From: an uncultured Lachnospiraceae bacterium
GTDB taxonomy: Bacteria > Bacillota > Clostridia > Lachnospirales > Lachnospiraceae
Reading direction: 5' to 3'
DNA: 64,000 bases
Assembly: GCA_910579615.1 (NCBI GenBank)
Contig: CAJTUA010000005.1
Location: 132,135 to 196,134 of the forward strand
The translations under genes and the position numbers were made by a program. The notes under the pieces are model-generated. The model saw nothing but the letters and a program-made list of their open reading frames with translations, was not told the DNA's origin and ran no database searches. Shown here piece by piece: positions 62,474 through 64,000 of the stretch. Every line of letters begins with the position of its first letter. The stretch's first letter is position 1.

Positions 62474-64000
62474 ATGAACATATTTGATGTACTTACCATG
62501 TTTGGGGGACTGGCATTTTTTCTTTATGGGATGAACTGCATGGAGGAAGGTCTGTCCAAGCTCTCAGGAGGGCGTCTGGAACAGCTTTTGGAAAAATTTA
62601 CAAGCGGGAAACTTCGTGCCGTGGCGCTTGGAGCCGTAGTAACCGCCCTGATTCAGTCTTCCTCGGCGACAACGGTCATGACGGTGGGGCTGGTCAATTC
62701 CGGGCTTTTGCGGCTCTCGCAGGCGGTCGGTATCATTATGGGCGCGAATATCGGAACGACCGTTACTTCGTGGATATTGAGCCTTTCCGGGCTTGAAAGT
62801 GACAGTTTTATTGTGCAGATGCTAAAACCGACTGCGTTTTCACCGGTGCTTGCGGTGGTTGGGGTCAGTTTTTTGATGTTTTCTAAGAAGGATAAAAAGC
62901 GCGACCTCGGCACTATTTTTATCGGTTTTGCGCTGCTGATGTTCGGGATGAATACGATGAGTAAGGCGGTGGCGCCATTGGCGGATGTGCCGGAGTTTAC
63001 GCAGATTCTGACCATGTTTTCCAATCCGCTGTTGGGGCTTTTGGCGGGGGCTTTTCTGACGGCGGTAATCCAAAGCTCCTCCGCTTCGGTCGGGATTTTG
63101 CAGACACTTTGTTCCACCGGGGCGGTTACGGTTGGCAGCGCCGTGCCAATCATTATGGGGCAAAATATCGGAACCTGTGTGACAGCGCTGCTTTCCGGGA
63201 TTGGCGCGACCAAAAATGCAAGGCGTGCGGCCTTGATTCATCTGTATTTTAATGTTGTCGGAACTTTGCTTTTTATGGTATTATTTTATGCGGGGGATGC
63301 CGTGTTTGATTTTGGATTCCTGGGCGATACGGCAAAAGCATCCTCCGTTGCGGTAATCCATACGGTTTTCAATCTCACGGCAACCTTTATCCTGCTGCCT
63401 TTTTCCGGTCTTTTAGAGAAGCTTGCGGCAGTAACGGTGCGTGCTCGAAACCGGATGGAAAATGGGAAAATTTCCGGGGAAAACAATAGTTCAAAAGAAA
63501 AAAAATACTCCGAAGAAAAATTGCGGATTCTTGACGAGCGGTTCTTAGAACGCCCTTCGCTTGCAACCGAGCATTGCCGCGAGGCGGCGGTGCGCATGGC
63601 AGAGCTGGCGAAATCAAGCGTATTCCATGCGCTGGAGCTTCTTAAGGAATATTCGGAAGACGGGTTTGGCGATGTACAGGGGATGGAGGAAACGGTGGAT
63701 TGCTATGAGGATGAGCTTGGCACTTATCTGGTGCGTTTAAGCCGTAGGGAGCTCTCGGAAAAAAACAGCCAGGAACTGAGTGAACTGCTGCACTGCATCG
63801 GGGATTTTGAGCGGATTGCCGACCACTCCTTAAACATTGCGCAGGCGGCGCGGGAAATGTACCGAAAGGCACTATCGTTCTCGGGGGAAGCACGCGCGGA
63901 GCTTGAGGTTTACGCAGGGGCAGTCCGCGATATCCTGACGCTCTCCATGCAGGTGTTTGAGGAGGAGGACGCGCTGCGCGCAAAGAAAGTGGAGCCGCTT
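62474..64000 (+). CDS. Na/Pi cotransporter family protein with PhoU-like C-terminal domain (3' end outside the window)
   Basis: Not in the ORF track because no stop is reached. The ATG at 62474 opens 509 codons: MNIFDVLTMFGGLAFFLYGM..., duplicated QSSSA(T/S) motifs and a PhoU-like helical tail. Confidence 0.9.
   Translation, partial: MNIFDVLTMFGGLAFFLYGMNCMEEGLSKLSGGRLEQLLEKFTSGKLRAVALGAVVTALIQSSSATTVMTVGLVNSGLLRLSQAVGIIMGANIGTTVTSWILSLSGLESDSFIVQMLKPTAFSPVLAVVGVSFLMFSKKDKKRDLGTIFIGFALLMFGMNTMSKAVAPLADVPEFTQILTMFSNPLLGLLAGAFLTAVIQSSSASVGILQTLCSTGAVTVGSAVPIIMGQNIGTCVTALLSGIGATKNARRAALIHLYFNVVGTLLFMVLFYAGDAVFDFGFLGDTAKASSVAVIHTVFNLTATFILLPFSGLLEKLAAVTVRARNRMENGKISGENNSSKEKKYSEEKLRILDERFLERPSLATEHCREAAVRMAELAKSSVFHALELLKEYSEDGFGDVQGMEETVDCYEDELGTYLVRLSRRELSEKNSQELSELLHCIGDFERIADHSLNIAQAAREMYRKALSFSGEARAELEVYAGAVRDILTLSMQVFEEEDALRAKKVEPL

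Noticed and set aside
62653-63241. 186-aa and 133-aa minus-strand ORFs
   Set aside because: They are antisense to the Na/Pi cotransporter gene. That gene is absent from the ORF track only because it runs off the window without a stop.

Overview
A 64-kb chromosomal segment that looks like a spore-forming Clostridia (Lachnospiraceae-like) genome, with coding regions of about 55-62% G+C. The organism call rests only on gene content and composition. Most of the window is recognisable core or accessory metabolism:
- Sporulation genes: a SpoIID-domain protein, spoVAD-spoVAE and a PdaB-like deacetylase.
- A NatAB-like ABC-2 transporter.
- A YhaO/YhaN (SbcCD-like) nuclease pair.
- A BlaI/BlaR1-type sensor pair.
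- Two GH2 glycosidases.
- T-box-controlled leuS.
- A class B sortase with its substrate.
- A methyl-cycle cluster (luxS, yitJ-like, metH).
- The 5' part of a Na/Pi cotransporter gene.

Four things stand out.
1. A low-G+C island at about 48.3-58.7 kb. It carries a covalently duplicated HTH-TPR (RNPP-like) regulator and a convergent 62-aa secreted Pro-rich pro-peptide that the ORF track hides inside a longer ORF. A perfect 16-bp palindrome sits between divergent promoters. Next come a secreted Big_2/NlpC-P60 enzyme, a lipoprotein, an orphan 3' fragment of a second NlpC/P60 paralog, a MacB/FtsX-type ABC pair and two anchored proteins of unknown family. I read this as a candidate peptide-controlled bacteriolysin/immunity system.
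2. A translationally coupled RNA ligase + HD-Pnk RNA-repair cassette.
3. Decay events: an in-frame TAA in a triple-CBM lipoprotein, a frameshifted NUDIX gene and a vestigial HTH on a GyrI-like protein.
4. A second small, very AT-rich islet (29.0-30.6 kb) with a P-loop kinase-like gene, a GNAT gene and a promoter-to-terminator unit with no credible ORF.

I found no rRNA, tRNA, CRISPR array, transposase or integrase.
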